From: Eledone cirrhosa
Lineage: Eukaryota
NCBI GenBank assembly: GCA_964016885.1
Contig: OZ024741.1
Coordinates: 128,402,001-128,466,000, forward strand
DNA: 64,000 bases
Reading direction: 5' to 3'
Part shown: positions 41,355 to 54,879 of the stretch, one piece after another
Layout of the letters: each line of letters opens with the position of its first letter
Position numbering within the stretch: the first letter of the stretch is position 1
Program-made: the position numbers and the translations under genes
The notes under the pieces: model-generated
The model's input: the letters and a program-made list of their open reading frames with translations, nothing else
Databases searched by the model: none
What the model was told of the DNA's origin: nothing

Positions 41355-44300
41355 CGGTTGTAGTGTTGGTGGTTGTAGGGTTGGTGGTTGTAGGGTTGGT
41401 GGTTGTAGGGTTGGTGGTTGTGAGGTTGGTGGTTGTAGGGTTGGTGGTTGTAGGGTTGGTGGTTGTAGGGTTGGTGGTTGTAGGGTTGGTGGTTGTGAGG
41501 TTGGTGGTTGTAGGGTTGGTGGTTGTGAGGTTGGTGGTTGTAGGGTTGGTGGTTGTAGGGTTGGTGGTTGTGAGGTTGGTGGTTGTAGGGTTGGTGGTTG
41601 TGAGGTTGGTGGTTGTAGGGTTGGTGGTTGTAGGGTTGGTGGTTGTAGGGTTGGTGGTTGTAGGGTTGGTGGTTGTGAGGTTGGTGGTTGTAGGGTTGGT
41701 GGTTGTGAGGTTGGTGGTTGTAGGGTTGGTGGTTGTAGGGTTGGTGGTTGTAGGGTTGGTGGTTGTAGGGTTGGTGGGTGTGAGGTTGGTGGTTGTAGGG
41801 TTGGTGGTTGTGAGGTTGGTGGTTGTAGGGTTGGTGGTTGTGAGGTTGGTGGTTGTAGGGTTGGTGGTTGTAGGGTTGGTGGTTGTAGGGTTGGTGGTTG
41901 TAGGGTTGGTGGTTGTGAGGTTGGTGGTTGTAGGGTTGGTGGTTGTGAGGTTGGTGGTTGTAGGGTTGGTGGTTGTAGGGTTGGTGGTTGTAGGGTTGGT
42001 GGTTGTAGGGTTGGTGGTTGTGAGGTTGGTGGTTGTAGGGTTGGTGGTTGTAGGGTTGGTGGTTGTGAGGTTGGTGGTTGTAGGGTTGGTGGTTGTGAGG
42101 TTGGTGGTTGTAGGGTTGGTGGTTGTAGGGTTGGTGGTTGTAGGGTTGGTGGTTGTGAGGTTGGTGGTTGTGAGGTTGGTGGTTGTAGGGTTGGTGGTTG
42201 TAGGGTTGGTGGTTGTGAGGTTGGTGGTTGTAGGGTTGGTGGTTGTGAGGTTGGTGGTTGTAGGGTTGGTGGTTGTAGGGTTGGTGGTTGTGAGGTTGGT
42301 GGTTGTAGGGTTGGTGGTTGTGAGGTTGGTGGTTGTAGGGTTGGTGGTTGTAGGGTTGGTGGTTGTAGGGTTGGTGGTTGTAGGGTTGGTGGTTGTAGGG
42401 TTGGTGGTTGTAGGGTTGGTGGTTGTGAGGTTGGTGGTTGTAGGGTTGGTGGTTGTAGGGTTGGTGGTTGTAGGGTTGGTGGTTGTGAGGTTGGTGGTTG
42501 TAGGGTTGGTGGTTGTAGGGTTGGTGGTTGTAGGGTTGGTGGTTGTAGGGTTGGTGGTTGTGAGGGTTGGTGGTTGTAGGGTTGGTGGTTGTAGGGTTGG
42601 TGGTTGTAGGGTTGGTGGTTGTGAGGTTGGTGGTTGTAGGGTTGGTGGTTGTAGGGTTGGTGGTTGTAGGGTTGGTGGTTGTAGGGTTGGTGGTTGTAGG
42701 GTTGGTGGTTGTAGGGTTGGTGGTTGTGAGGTTGGTGGTTGTAGGGTTGGTGGTTGTAGGGTTGGTGGTTGTAGGGTTGGTGGTTGTGAGGTTGGTGGTT
42801 GTAGGGTTGGTGGTTGTAGGGTTGGTGGTTGTAGGGTTGGTGGTTGTGAGGTTGGTGGTTGTGAGGTTGGTGGTTGTAGGGTTGGTGGTTGTAGGGTTGG
42901 TGGTTGTGAGGTTGGTGGTTGTAGGGTTGGTGGTTGTGAGGTTGGTGGTTGTGAGGTTGGTGGTTGTAGGGTTGGTGGTTGTAGGGTTGGTGGTTGTGAG
43001 GTTGGTGGTTGTAGGGTTGGTGGTTGTGAGGTTGGTGGTTGTAGGGTTGGTGGTTGTGAGGTTGGTGGTTGTAGGTTGGTGGTTGTAGGGTTGGTGGTTG
43101 TGAGGTTGGTGGTTGTAGGGTTGGTGGTTGTGAGGTTGGTGGTTGTAGGGTTGGTGGTTGTGAGGTTGGTGGTTGTAGGGTTGGTGGTTGTGAGGTTGGT
43201 GGTTGTAGGGTTGGTGGTTGTAGGGTTGGTGGTTGTAGGGTTGGTGGTTGTAGGGTTGGTGGTTGTAGGGTTGGTGGTTGTAGGGTTGGTGGTTGTGAGG
43301 TTGGTGGTTGTAGGGTTGGTGGTTGTGAGGTTGGTGGTTGTGAGGTTGGTGGTTGTAGGGTTGGTGGTTGTAGGGTTGGTGGTTGTGAGGTTGGTGGTTG
43401 TAGGGTTGGTGGTTGTGAGGTTGGTGGTTGTGAGGTTGGTGGTTGTAGGGTTGGTGGTTGTAGGGTTGGTGGTTGTAGGGTTGGTGGTTGTAGGGTTGGT
43501 GGTTGTGAGGTTGGTGGTTGTAGGGTTGGTGGTTGTGAGGTTGGTGGTTGTGAGGTTGGTGGTTGTAGGGTTGGTGGTTGTGAGGTTGGTGGTTGTAGGG
43601 TTGGTGGTTGTAGGGTTGGTGGTTGTGAGGTTGGTGGTTGTAGGGTTGGTGGTTGTAGGGTTGGTGGTTGTAGGGTTGGTGGTTGTGAGGTTGGTGGTTG
43701 TAGGGTTGGTGGTTGTAGGGTTGGTGGTTGTAGGGTTGGTGGTTGTAGGGTTGGTGGTTGTGAGGTTGGTGGTTGTAGGGTTGGTGGTTGTAGGGTTGGT
43801 GGTTGTAGGGTTGGTGGTTGTGAGGTTGGTGGTTGTAGGGTTGGTGGTTGTAGGGTTGGTGGTTGTGGGGTTGGTGGTTGTAGGGTTGGTGGTTGTGAGG
43901 TTGGTGGTTGTAGGGTTGGTGGTTGTAGGGTTGGTGGTTGTAGGGTTGGTGGTTGTGAGGTTGGTGGTTGTGAGGTTGGTGGTTGTAGGGTTGGTGGTTG
44001 TAGGGTTGGTGGTTGTAGGTTGGTGGTTGTGAGGTTGGTGGTTGTGAGGTTGGTGGTTGTAGGGTTGGTGGTTGTAGGGTTGGTGGTTGTAGGGTTGGTG
44101 GTTGTGAGGTTGGTGGTTGTAGGGTTGGTGGTTGTAGGGTTGGTGGTTGTGAGGTTGGTGGTTGTAGGGTTGGTGGTTGTGAGGTTGGTGGTTGTAGGGT
44201 TGGTGGTTGTAGGGTTGGTGGTTGTAGGGTTGGTGGTTGTGAGGTTGGTGGTTGTGAGGTTGGTGGTTGTAGGGTGGTGGTTGTAGGTTGGTGGTTGTAG

Positions 44301-47300
44301 GGTTGGTGGTTGCGAGGTTGGTGGTTGTGAGGTTGGTGGTTGTAGGGTTGGTGGTTGTGAGGTTGGTGGTTGTAGGGTTGGTGGTTGTAGGGTTGGTGGT
44401 TGTAGGGTTGGTGGTTGTGAGGTTGGTGGTTGTAGGGTTGGTGGTTGTAGGGTTGGTGGTTGTAGGGTTGGTGGTTGTGAGGTTGGTGGTTGTAGGGTTG
44501 GTGGTTGTAGGGTTGGTGGTTGTGAGGTTGGTGGTTGTAGGGTTGGTGGTTGTGAGGTTGGTGGTTGTAGGGTTGGTGGTTGTAGGGTTGGTGGTTGTAG
44601 GGTTGGTGGTTGTGAGGTTGGTGGTTGTGAGGTTGGTGGTTGTAGGGTTGGTGGTTGTAGGGTTGGTGGTTGTAGGGTTGGTGGTTGTGAGGTTGGTGGT
44701 TGTGAGGTTGGTGGTTGTAGGGTTGGTGGTTGTGAGGTTGGTGGTTGTAGGGTTGGTGGTTGTAGGGTTGGTGGTTGTAGGGTTGGTGGTTGTGAGGTTG
44801 GTGGTTGTGAGGTTGGTGGTTATAGGGTTGGTGGTTGTGAGGTTGGTGGTTGTAGGTTGGTGGTTGTAGGGTTGGTGGTTGTGAGGTTGGTGGTTGTGAG
44901 GTTGGTGGTTGTGAGGTTGGTGGTTGTAGGTTGGTGGTTGTAGGGTTGGTGGTTGTGAGGTTGGTGGTTGTGAGGTTGGTGGTTGTAGGGTTGGTGGTTG
45001 TGAGGTTGGTGGTTGTAGGTTGGTGGTTGTAGGGTTGGTGGTTGTGAGGTTGGTGGTTGTGAGGTTGGTGGTTGTGAGGTTGGTGGTTGTAGGTTGGTGG
45101 TTGTAGGGTTGGTGGTTGTGAGGTTGGTGGTTGTAGGTTGGTGGTTGTAGGGTTGGTGGTTGTGAGGTTGGTGGTTGTGAGGTTGGTGGTTGTAGGGTTG
45201 GTGGTTGTGAGGTTGGTGGTTGTGAGGTTGGTGGTTGTAGGTTGGTGGTTGTAGGGTTGGTGGTTGTGAGGTTGGTGGTTGTGAGGTTGGTGGCTGTGAG
45301 GTTGGTGGTTGTAGGGTTGGTGGTTGTGAGGTTGGTGGTTGTAGGTTGGTGGTTGTAAGGTTGGTGGTTGTGAGGTTGGTGGTTGTGAGGTTGGTGGTTG
45401 TAGGGTTGGTGGTTGTGAGGTTGGTGGTTGTAGGTTGGTGGTTGTAGGGTTGGTGGTTGTGAGGTTGGTGGTTGTGAGGTTGGTGGTTGTAGGGTTGGTG
45501 GTTGTGAGGTTGGTGGTTGTAGGTTGGTGGTTGTAGGGTTGGTGGTTGTGAGGTTGGTGGTTGTGAGGTTGGTGGTTGTAGGGTTGGTGGTTGTGGGTTG
45601 GTGGTTGTGAGGTTGGTGGTTGTAGGGTTGGTGGTTGTGAGGTGGGTGGTTGTGAGGTTGGTGGTTGTAGGGTTGGTGGTTGTGAGGTTGGTGGTTGTGA
45701 GGTTGGTGGTTGTAGGGTTGGTGGTTGTGAGGTTGGTGGTTGTGAGGTTGGTGGTTGTGAGGTTGGTGGTTGTAGGTTGGTGGTTGTAGGGTTGGTGGCT
45801 GTAGGGTTGGTGGTTGTGAGGTTGGTGGTTGTGAGGTTGGTGGTTGTGAGGTTGGTGGTTGTGAGGTTGGTGGTTGTAGGGTTGGTGGTTGTGAGGTTGG
45901 TGGTTGTGAGGTTGGTGGTTGTGAGGTTGGTGGTTGTAGGTTGGTGGTTGTAGGGTTGGTGGCTGTAGGGTTGGTGGTTGTGAGGTTGGTGGTTGTGAGG
46001 TTGGTGGTTGTGAGGTTGGTGGTTGTGAGGTTGGTGGTTGTAGGGTTGGTGGCTGTGAGGTTGGTGGTTGTAGGTTGGTGGTTGTAGGGTTGGTGGTTGT
46101 GAGGTTGGTGGTTGTGAGGTTGGTGGTTGTAGGGTTGGTGGTTGTGAGGTTGGTGGTTGTGAGGTTGGTGGTTGTGAGGTTGGTGGTTGTAGGGTTGGTG
46201 GTTGTGAGGTTGGTGGTTGTGAGGTTGGTGGTTGTAGGGTTGGTGGTTGTGAGGTTGGTGGTTGTGAGGTTGGTGGTTGTAGGGTTGGTGGTTGTAGGGT
46301 TGGTGGTTATAGGGTTGGTGGTTGTGAGGTTGGTGGTTGTGAGGTTGGTGGTTGTGAGGTTGTTGGTTGTAGGGTTGGTGGTTGTGAGGTTGGTGGTTGT
46401 GAGGTTGGTGGTTGTAGGGTTGGTGGCTGTAGGGTTGGTGGTTGTGATGTTGGTGGTTGTGAGGTTGGTGGTTGTAGGGTTGGTGGTTGTGAGGTTGGTG
46501 GTTGTGAGGTTGGTGGTTGTGAGGTTGGTGGTTGTAGGGTTGGTGGTTGTGAGGTTGGTGGTTGTGAGGTAGGTGGTTGTAGGGTTGGTGGTTGTGAGGT
46601 TGGTGGTTGTGAGGTTGGTGGTTGTGAGGTTGGTGGTTGTAGGTTGGTGGTTGTAGGGTTGGTGGCTGTAGGGTTGGTGGTTGTGAGGTTGGTGGTTGTG
46701 AGGTTGGTGGTTGTGAGGTTGGTGGTTGTGAGGTTGGTGGTTGTAGGGTTGGTGGCTGTGAGGTTGGTGGTTGTAGGTTGGTGGTTGTAGGGTTGGTGGT
46801 TGTGAGGTTGGTGGTTGTGAGGTTGGTGGTTGTAGGGTTGGTGGTTGTGAGGTTGGTGGTTGTGAGGTTGGTGGTTGTGAGGTTGGTGGTTGTAGGGTTG
46901 GTGGTTGTGAGGTTGGTGGTTGTGAGGTTGGTGGTTGTAGGGTTGGTGGTTTTGAGGTTGGTGGTTGTGAGGTTGGTGGTTGTAGGGTTGGTGGTTGTAG
47001 GGTTGGTGGTTGTAGGGTTGGTGGTTGTGAGGTTGGTGGTTGTGAGGTTGGTGGTTGTGAGGTTGTTGGTTGTAGGGTTGGTGGTTGTGAGGTTGGTGGT
47101 TGTGAGGTTGGTGGTTGTAGGGTTGGTGGCTGTAGGGTTGGTGGTTGTGATGTTGGTGGTTGTGAGGTTGGTGGTTGTAGGGTTGGTGGCTGTAGGGTTG
47201 GTGGTTGTGAGGTTGGTGGTTGTGAGGTTGGTGGTTGTAGGGTTGGTGGTTGTAGGGTTGGTGGTTGTGAGGTTGGTGGTTGTGAGGTTGGTGGTTGTAG

Positions 47301-50300
47301 GGTTGGTGGTTGTGAGGTTGGTGGTTGTAGGGTTGGTGGTTGTGAGGTTGGTGGTTGTGAGGTTGGTGGTTGTAGGGTTGGTGGTTGTAGGGTTGGTGGA
47401 TTGTGAGGTTGGTGGTTGTAGGGTTGGTGGTTGTGGGGTTGGTGGTTGTGAGGTTGGTGGTTGTGAGGTTGGTGGTTGTAGGGTTGGTGGTTGTGATGTT
47501 GGTGGTTGTGAGGTTGGTGGTTGTAGGGTTGTTGGCTGTAGTGTTGGTGGTTGTGAGGTTGGTGGTTGTGAGGTTGGTGGTTGTGGGGTTGGTGGTTGTG
47601 ATGTTGGTGGTTGTGAGGTTGGTGGTTGTGAGGTTGGTGGTTGTGAGGTTGGTGGTTGTAGGGTTGTTGGCTGTAGTGTTGGTGGTTGTGAGGTTGGTGG
47701 TTGTGAGGTTGGTGGTTGTGAGGTTGGTGGTTGTAGAGTTGTTGGCTGTAGTGTTGGTAGTTGTGAGGTTGGTGGTTGTGAGGTTGGTGGTTGTAGGGTT
47801 GGTGGTTGTAGGGTTGGTGGTTGTGAGGTTGGTGGTTGTAGGGTTGGTGGTTGTGAGGTTGGTGGTTGTGAGGTTGGTGGTTGTGAGGTTGGTGGTTGTA
47901 GGGTTGGTGGTTGTGAGGTTGGTGGTTGTGAGGTTGGTGGTTGTGAGGTTGGTGGTTGTGAGGTTGGTGGTTGTAGGGTTGGTGGCTGTGAGGTTGGTGG
48001 TTGTGAGGTTGGTGGTTGTGAGGTTGGTGGTTGTGAGGTTGGTGGTTGTAGGGTTGGTGGTTGTAGGGTTGGTGGTTGTGAGGTTGGTGGTTGTGAGGTT
48101 GGTGGTTGTGAGGTTGGTGGTTGTAGGGTTGGTGGTTGTGGGGTTGGTGGTTGTGAGGTTGGTGGTTGTAGGGTTGGTGGTTGTGAGGTTGGTGGTTGTG
48201 AGGTTGGTGGTTGTGAGGTTGGTGGTTGTAGGGTTGGTGGTTGTAGGGTTGGTGGTTGTGAGGTTGGTGGTTGTAGGGTTGGTGGTTGTGAGGTTGGTGG
48301 TTGTGAGGTTGGTGGTTGTGAGTTTGGTGGTTGTAGGGTTGGTGGTTGTAGGGTTGGTGGTTGTGAGGTTGGTGGTTGTGAGGTTGGTGGTTGTGAGGTT
48401 GGTGGTTGTAGGGTTGGTGGTTGTAGGGTTGGTGGTTGTGAGGTTGGTGGTTGTGAGGTTGGTGGTTGTGAGGTTGGTGGTTGTAGTGTTGGTGGTTGTA
48501 GTGTTGGTGGTTGTAGGGTTGGTGGTTGTGAGGTTGGTGGTTGTGGGGTTGGTGGTTGTAGGGTTGGTGGTTGTAGGGTTGGTGGTTGTGAGGTTGGTGG
48601 TTGTAGGGTTGGTGGTTGTGAGGTTGGTGATTGTGAGGTTGGTGGTTGTGAGGTTGGTGGTTGTAGGGTTGGTGGTTGTAGGGTTGGTGGTTGTGAGGTT
48701 GGTGGTTGTGAGGTTGGTGGTTGTGAGGTTGGTGGTTGTAGTGTTGGTGGTTGTAGTGTTGGTGGTTGTAGGGTTGGTGGTTGTGAGGTTGGTGGTTGTG
48801 GGGTTGGTGGTTGTAGGGTTGGTGGTTGTAGGGTTGGTGGTTGTGAGGTTGGTGGTTGTAGGGTTGGTGGTTGTGAGGTTGGTGATTGTGAGGTTGGTGG
48901 TTGTGAGGTTGGTGGTTGTAGTGTTGGTGGTTGTAGGGTTGGTGGTTGTAGGTTGGTGGTTGTGAGGTTGGTGGTTGTAGGGTTGGTGGTTGTAGGGTTG
49001 GTGGTTGTAGGGTTGGTGGTTGTGAGGTTGGTTGTTGTGGGGTTGGTGGTTGTAGGGTTGGTGGTTGTAAGGTTGGTGGTTGTAGGGTTGGTGGTTGTAG
49101 GGTTGGTGGTTGTAGTGTTGGTGGATGTAGGGTTGGTGGTTGTAGGGTTGGTGGTTGTGTGGTTGGTGGTTGTGAGGTTGGTGGTTGTAGGGTTGGTGGT
49201 TGTAGGGTTGGTGGTTGTGAGGTTGGTGGTTGTGGGGTTGGTGGTTGTAGGGTTGGTGGTTGTGAGGTTGGTGGTTGTGAGGTTGGTGGTTGTAGGGTTG
49301 GTGGTTGTAGGGTTGGTGGTTGTGAGGTTGGTTGTTGTGGGGTTGGTGGTTGTAGGGTTGGTGGTTGTAAGGTTGGTGGTTGTAGGGTTGGTGGTTGTAG
49401 GGTTGGTGGTTGTAGGGTTGGTGGTTGTGAGGTTGGTGGTTGTAGGGTTGGTGGTTGTGAGGTTGGTGGTTGTAGTGTTGGTAGTTGTAGGGTTGTTGGT
49501 TGTAGTGTTGGTGGTTGTGAGGTTGTTGGTTGTGAGGTTGGTGGTTGTAGGGTTGGTGGTTGTGAGGTTGGTGGTTGTGAGGTTGGTGGTTGTGAGGTTG
49601 GTTGTTGTGAGGTTGGTGGTTGTGAGTTTGGTGGTTGTGAGGTTGGTGGTCGTGAGGTTGGTGGTTGTGAGTTTGGTGGTTGTGAGGTTGGTGGTTGTGA
49701 TGTTGGTGGTTGTAGGGTTGGTGGTTGTGAGGTTGGTGGTTGTAGGGTTGGTGGTTGTGAGGTTGGTGGTTGTGAGGTTGGTGGTTGTGAGATTGGTGGT
49801 TGTAGGGTTGGTGGTTGTGAGGTTGGGGTTGTGAGGTTGGTGGTTGTAGGGTTGGTGGTTGTGAGGTTGGTGGTTGTAGCGTTGGTGGTTGTGAGGTTGG
49901 TGGTTGTGAGCTTGGTGGTTGTGAGCTTGGTGGTTGTGAGGTTGGTGGTTGTAGGGTTGGTGGTTGTGAGGTTGGTGGTTGTGAGGTTGGTGGTTGTAGG
50001 TTTCGTGGTTGTAAGGTTGGTGGTTGTAGGGTTGGTGGTTGTGAGGTTGGTGGTTGTGAGCTTGGTGGTTGTGAGGTTGGTGGTTGTGGGGTTGGTGGTT
50101 GTATGTTTGGTGGTTGTAGGGTTGGTGGGTGTGAGGTTGGTGGTTGTAGGGTTGGTGGATGTGAGGTTGGTGGTTGCGAGGTTGGTGGTTGTAGGGTTGG
50201 TGGTTGTGAGGTTGGTGGTTGTGAGGTTGGTGGTTGTGAGGTTGGTGGTTGTAGGGTTGGTGGTTGTGAGGTTGGTGGTTGTGAGGTTGGTGGTTGTGAG

Positions 50301-52680
50301 GTTGGTAGTTGTGAGGTTGGTTGTTGTGAGGTTGGTGGTTGTAGGGTTGGTGGTTGTAGGGTTGGTGGTTGTGTGGTTGGTGGTTGTGAGGTTGGTAGTT
50401 GTGAGCTTGGTGGTTGTGAGGTTTGTGGTTGTAGGGTTGGTGGTTGTGAGGTTGGTGGTTGTAGGGTTGGTGGTTGTGAGGCTGGTGGTTGTATGTTTGG
50501 TGGTTGTCGGTTTGGTGGTTGGTGGTTGTAGGGTTGGTGGTTGGGAGGTTGGTGGTTGTGAGGTTGGTGGTTGTAGGGTTGGTGGTTGTGAGGTTGGTGG
50601 TTGTGAGGTTGGTGGTTGTAGGGTTGGTGGTTGTAAGGTTGGTGGTTGTGAGGTTGGTGGTTGTAGAGTTGGTGGTTGTGAGATAGGTGGTTGTAGGGTT
50701 GGTGGTTGTGAGGTTGGCGGTTGTAGGGTTGGTGGTTGTGAGGTTGGTGGTTGTGAGGTTGGTGGTTGTGAGCTTGGTGGTTGTAGGGTTGGTGGTTGTG
50801 AGGTTGGCGGTTGTAGGGTTGGTGGTTGTGAGGTTGGTGGTTGTGAGGTTGGTGGTTGTGAGTTTGGTGGTTGTATGGTTGGTGGTTGTGAGGTTGGTGG
50901 TTGTAGGGTTGGTGGTTGTGAGGTTGGTGGTTGTAGGGTTGTTGGTTGTGAGCTTGGTGGTTGTAGGGTTGGTGGTTGTGAGGTTGGTGGTTGTAGGGTT
51001 GGTGGTTGTGAGGTTTTTGGTCGTGAGGTTGATGGTTGTAGGGTTGGTCGTTGTGAGGTTGGTAGTTGTGAGGTTGGTGGTTGTAGGGTTGGTGGTTGTG
51101 AGGTTGGTGGTTGTAGGGTTGGTGGTTGTGAGGTTGGTGTTGTGAGGTTGGTGTTTTTTAGGTTTGGTTGTTGTGAGGTTGGTGCTTGTGAGGTTGGTGG
51201 TTGTGAGGTTGGTGGTTGTAGGGTTGGTGGTCGTGAGGTTGGTGGTTGTAGGATTGGTGGTTGTGAGGTTGGTGGTTGTAGGGTTGGTGGTTGTGAAGTT
51301 AGTGGTTGTGAGGTTGGTGGTTGTAGTGTTGGTGGTTGTGAGGTTGGTGGTTGTGAGGTTGGTGGTTGTAGAGTTGGTGGTTGTGTGGTTGGTGGTTGTA
51401 GGGTTGATGTTTGTGAGGTTGGTGGTTGTAGGGTTGGTGGTTGTGCGCTTGGTGGTTGTGAGGTTGGTGTTTGTAGGGTTGGTGGTTGTGAGGTTGGTGG
51501 TTGTAGGGTTGGTGGTTGTGAGGTTAGTGGTTGTGGAGTTGGTGGTTGTGGGTTTGGTGGTTGTGAGGTTAGTGGTTGTGGGGTTGGTGGTTGTGGGGTT
51601 GGTGGTTGTGTGGTTGGTGGTTGTGAGGTTGGTGGTTGTAAGGTTGGTAGTTGAAAGGTTGATGTTTGTGAGGTTGGTGGTTGTGAGGTTAGTGGTTGTG
51701 GGGTTGGTGGTTGTGGAATTGTTGGTTGTAGGGTTGGTGGTTGTGAGGTTGGTGGTTGTAGGGTTGGTGGTTGTGAGGTTGGTGGTTGTAGGGTTGGTGG
51801 TTGTGAGGTTGGTGGTTGTGAGGTTGGTGGTTGTAGGGTTGGTGGTTGTAGGGTTGGTGGATTGTGAGGTTGGTGGTTGTAGGGTTGGTGGTTGTGGGGT
51901 TGGTGGTTGTGAGGTTGCTGGTTGTGAGGTTGGTGGTTGTGAGGTTGGTGGTTGTGAGGTTGGTGGTTGTGAGGTTGGTGGTTGTAGGTTTGGTGGTTGT
52001 ATGGTTGGTGGTAGTAGTGTTGGTGGTTGTGAGGTTGGTGGTTGTGAGGCTGCTGGTTGTGAGGTTGGTGGTTGTAGGGTTGGTGGTTGTGAGGTTGGTT
52101 ATTGTGAGGTTGGTGGTTGTGAGGTTGGTGGTTGTGAGGTTGGTGGTTGTAGGGTTGGTGGTTGTAGGGTTGGTGGTTGTACGGTTGGTGGTTGTATGGT
52201 TAGTGATTGTAGGGTTGGTGGTTGTAGGGTTGGTTGTTGTGAGGTTGGTGGTTGTATGGTTGGTGGTTGTGAGGTTGGTGGTTGTGAGGTTGGTGCTTGT
52301 ATGTTTGGTGGTTGTAGGGTTGGTGGTTGTGAGGTTGGTGGTTGTAGGGTTGATGTTTGTGAGGTTGGTGGTTGTGAGTTTGGTGGTTGTGAGGTTGGTG
52401 GTTGTGAGGTTGGTGGTTGTGAGGTTGGTGGTTGTAGGGTTGGTGGTAGTGATGTTGGTGGTTGTGAGGTTGGTGGTTGTGAGGTTGATGGTTGTGAGGC
52501 TCGTGGTTGTATGGTTGGTGGTTGTGTGGTAGGTGGTTGTATGGTTGGTGGTTGTGAGGTTAGTGGTTGTGAGGTTGGTGGTTGTGAGGCTGGTGGTTGT
52601 ATGGTTGGTGGTTGTAGTGTTGGTGGTTGTGGGGTTGGTGGTTGTGGTGCTGGAGGTTTCAACGTTGGTGGTTGTGATGG
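41355..52680. repeat. 15-bp satellite of about 11.3 kb (~750 units): GTTGGTGGTTGTAGG / GTTGGTGGTTGTGAG
   Basis: Direct inspection. Two interspersed variants with occasional 14- or 16-nt units. Confidence 0.98.
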
Positions 52681-53980
52681 TGTTGTTTAGGAGTTTGTAG
52701 TGATTGTTGTGATGGTGGTGGTTGTGACAGTGGTGGTTGTGAGGTTGGTGGTGGTGTTGGTAGTGATTTTGGTGGTTGTGATGGTTGTGGTGGTTGTGAT
52801 GTATGTGATGGTTGTGAGGTTGGTGGTGATGGAGGTGATGTTGATGGTGGTGTTGGTAGTGATTTTGGTGGTTGTGCTGGTTGTGCTGGTTGTGATGGTT
52901 GTGATGGTTGTGACGGTTGTGGTGGTTGTAGTTGTGATAGTGGTGGTTGTGAGGTTGTTGGTGATGGTTGTGATGTTGGGGTTTGTGATGATTGAGATGT
53001 TGTTTGGTGATGGTTTTGATGCTCATGGTGGTGATATTGGTGATTGTGGTGGTTGTGGAGTTGATGGGCATGGTTGTGATGTTAGTGGTTGTTATAGTGT
53101 CGGTTTAAATGTTGTTGTTGAATGTGACGATGGTAGTGATAACGATGGTAACAACAGTGATGGTAGTGGTGGTGAAATTCGTGTTGTTGTTGGTGTTGCT
53201 GTGCCTGGTAGTGTTCTGTTGTAGGTTTGATGGTAGTGGGAGGTATTGGTGGTGGTTGTGATGGTGGTCGCGTACTTATGGTGGGTGTAGGGGCGTGGAG
53301 TTGGAGGTGATGGGGGAGATGGTGGTTTGGTGGTGGTGGTAATGATGTTGGTTTGTTGGTGGTGGTGGTTATGGTGTGATGGTGGTGGTAATAGTGGTGG
53401 TTGTGGTGGTGTTGGTGGTGTTGGTGGTGCTAATTGCTATTGATGCTGGTTATGGTGGCGATAGTGGTGTTGATATCACACAACCACCACCATTACAACC
53501 ACTAGCATCACAACTACCACTAGCACAACCATCATCATCACAACCAGCACCATCATACCACCACTATCACAACCACCCCAAATCACAATCCCCACCATCA
53601 CCACCCCCACCACCACGCCCACCACCATCATACCACCACTATCACAACCACCACCATCCCCATCACCATCACAACCATCACAACCACCAATATCGATCAT
53701 CACAACCCGAAACAGCATAACCACAACCACCACCACACCACCACAACCACCACCACCATTACCACCACCACCACCATAACCACCACCACCACCACCACCA
53801 CCACCACCACCACCACCACCACAACTACCACCACCATAACCACAACCACCACCACCATTACCACCACAACCACCACCACCATAACCACAACCACCACCAC
53901 CATTACCCTCACCACCACCATAACCACCACCACCACCACCACCACAACCACCACCACACCACCACAACCACCACCACCTC
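52681..53980. repeat. Degenerate (GGT)n region switching to (ACC)n at about 53475
   Basis: Direct inspection. Confidence 0.85.
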
Positions 53981-54806
53981 CTATGACAACTGTGATGATT
54001 ATGATATTATAGTTTTCCCATGATAGACATCATTCACGAGGTGACATCAAAATGATAAAAATGTTGGTCAAGATATCTTATGTACGTATGTGTGTACGTG
54101 TGTGTGTATATGTATACATGTGTGTATGTGTGTGTGTACGTATGTGTGTGTATGTATACATGTGTGTGTGTATATATACACGTGTGTGTGTATATGTATA
54201 CATGTGTTTATATATATACATGTGTGTATGTGCGTGTGTGTGCGTGTGTGTGTATATGTATACGTGTGTGTATACGTACGTGTGTTTATGTGTGTGTGTA
54301 CGTGTGTGTGTGTATATGTATGCGTGTGTGTGTATATATACATGTGTGTATGTGTGTGTGTACGTGCGTGTATATGCATATGTGTGTGCGAATACATGTG
54401 AGAATGTGTGTGCGTATGTGTGTATATATGTATACGTACGTGTGTGCGTGTACATGTGTGTATATATATGTGTGTACGTGCACGTGGGTGCGTGTGTGTG
54501 TGTATATGTATACGTGTGAGTGTGTATATGCGTATGTGTGTGCGTGTACATGTGTGTATATGTGTGTACGTGCGCGTGTTCGTTATGTGTGTGTGTGTAT
54601 GTGTGTATGCCTATATAATGAATATATGATGAATGTGGCGGCGGAAGTGGTGCTAACCACTTACACACACAGAGACAGACATACACATATATATATATAT
54701 ATATGTGTATGTGTGTCTGTGTATATGTGTGTGTATGTATGTATGTGTGTGTATGTGTGTATGTGTGTATACGTGTGTGTATGTATGCGCGTGTGTGTAT
54801 GTGTGT

Positions 54807-54879
<73 letters not shown>

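Noticed and set aside
41355-52680. Telomere-like TAGGG content
   Set aside because: The unit is 15 bp and contains no TTAGGG arrays.
41068-53071. Very long ORFs (VGGC.. / LVVV.. on the plus strand, mucin-like TTTN / QPPT on the minus strand)
   Set aside because: They are translations of a 15-bp satellite. Frequent 14- and 16-nt units shift the frame, and no splice or signal-peptide context is evident.
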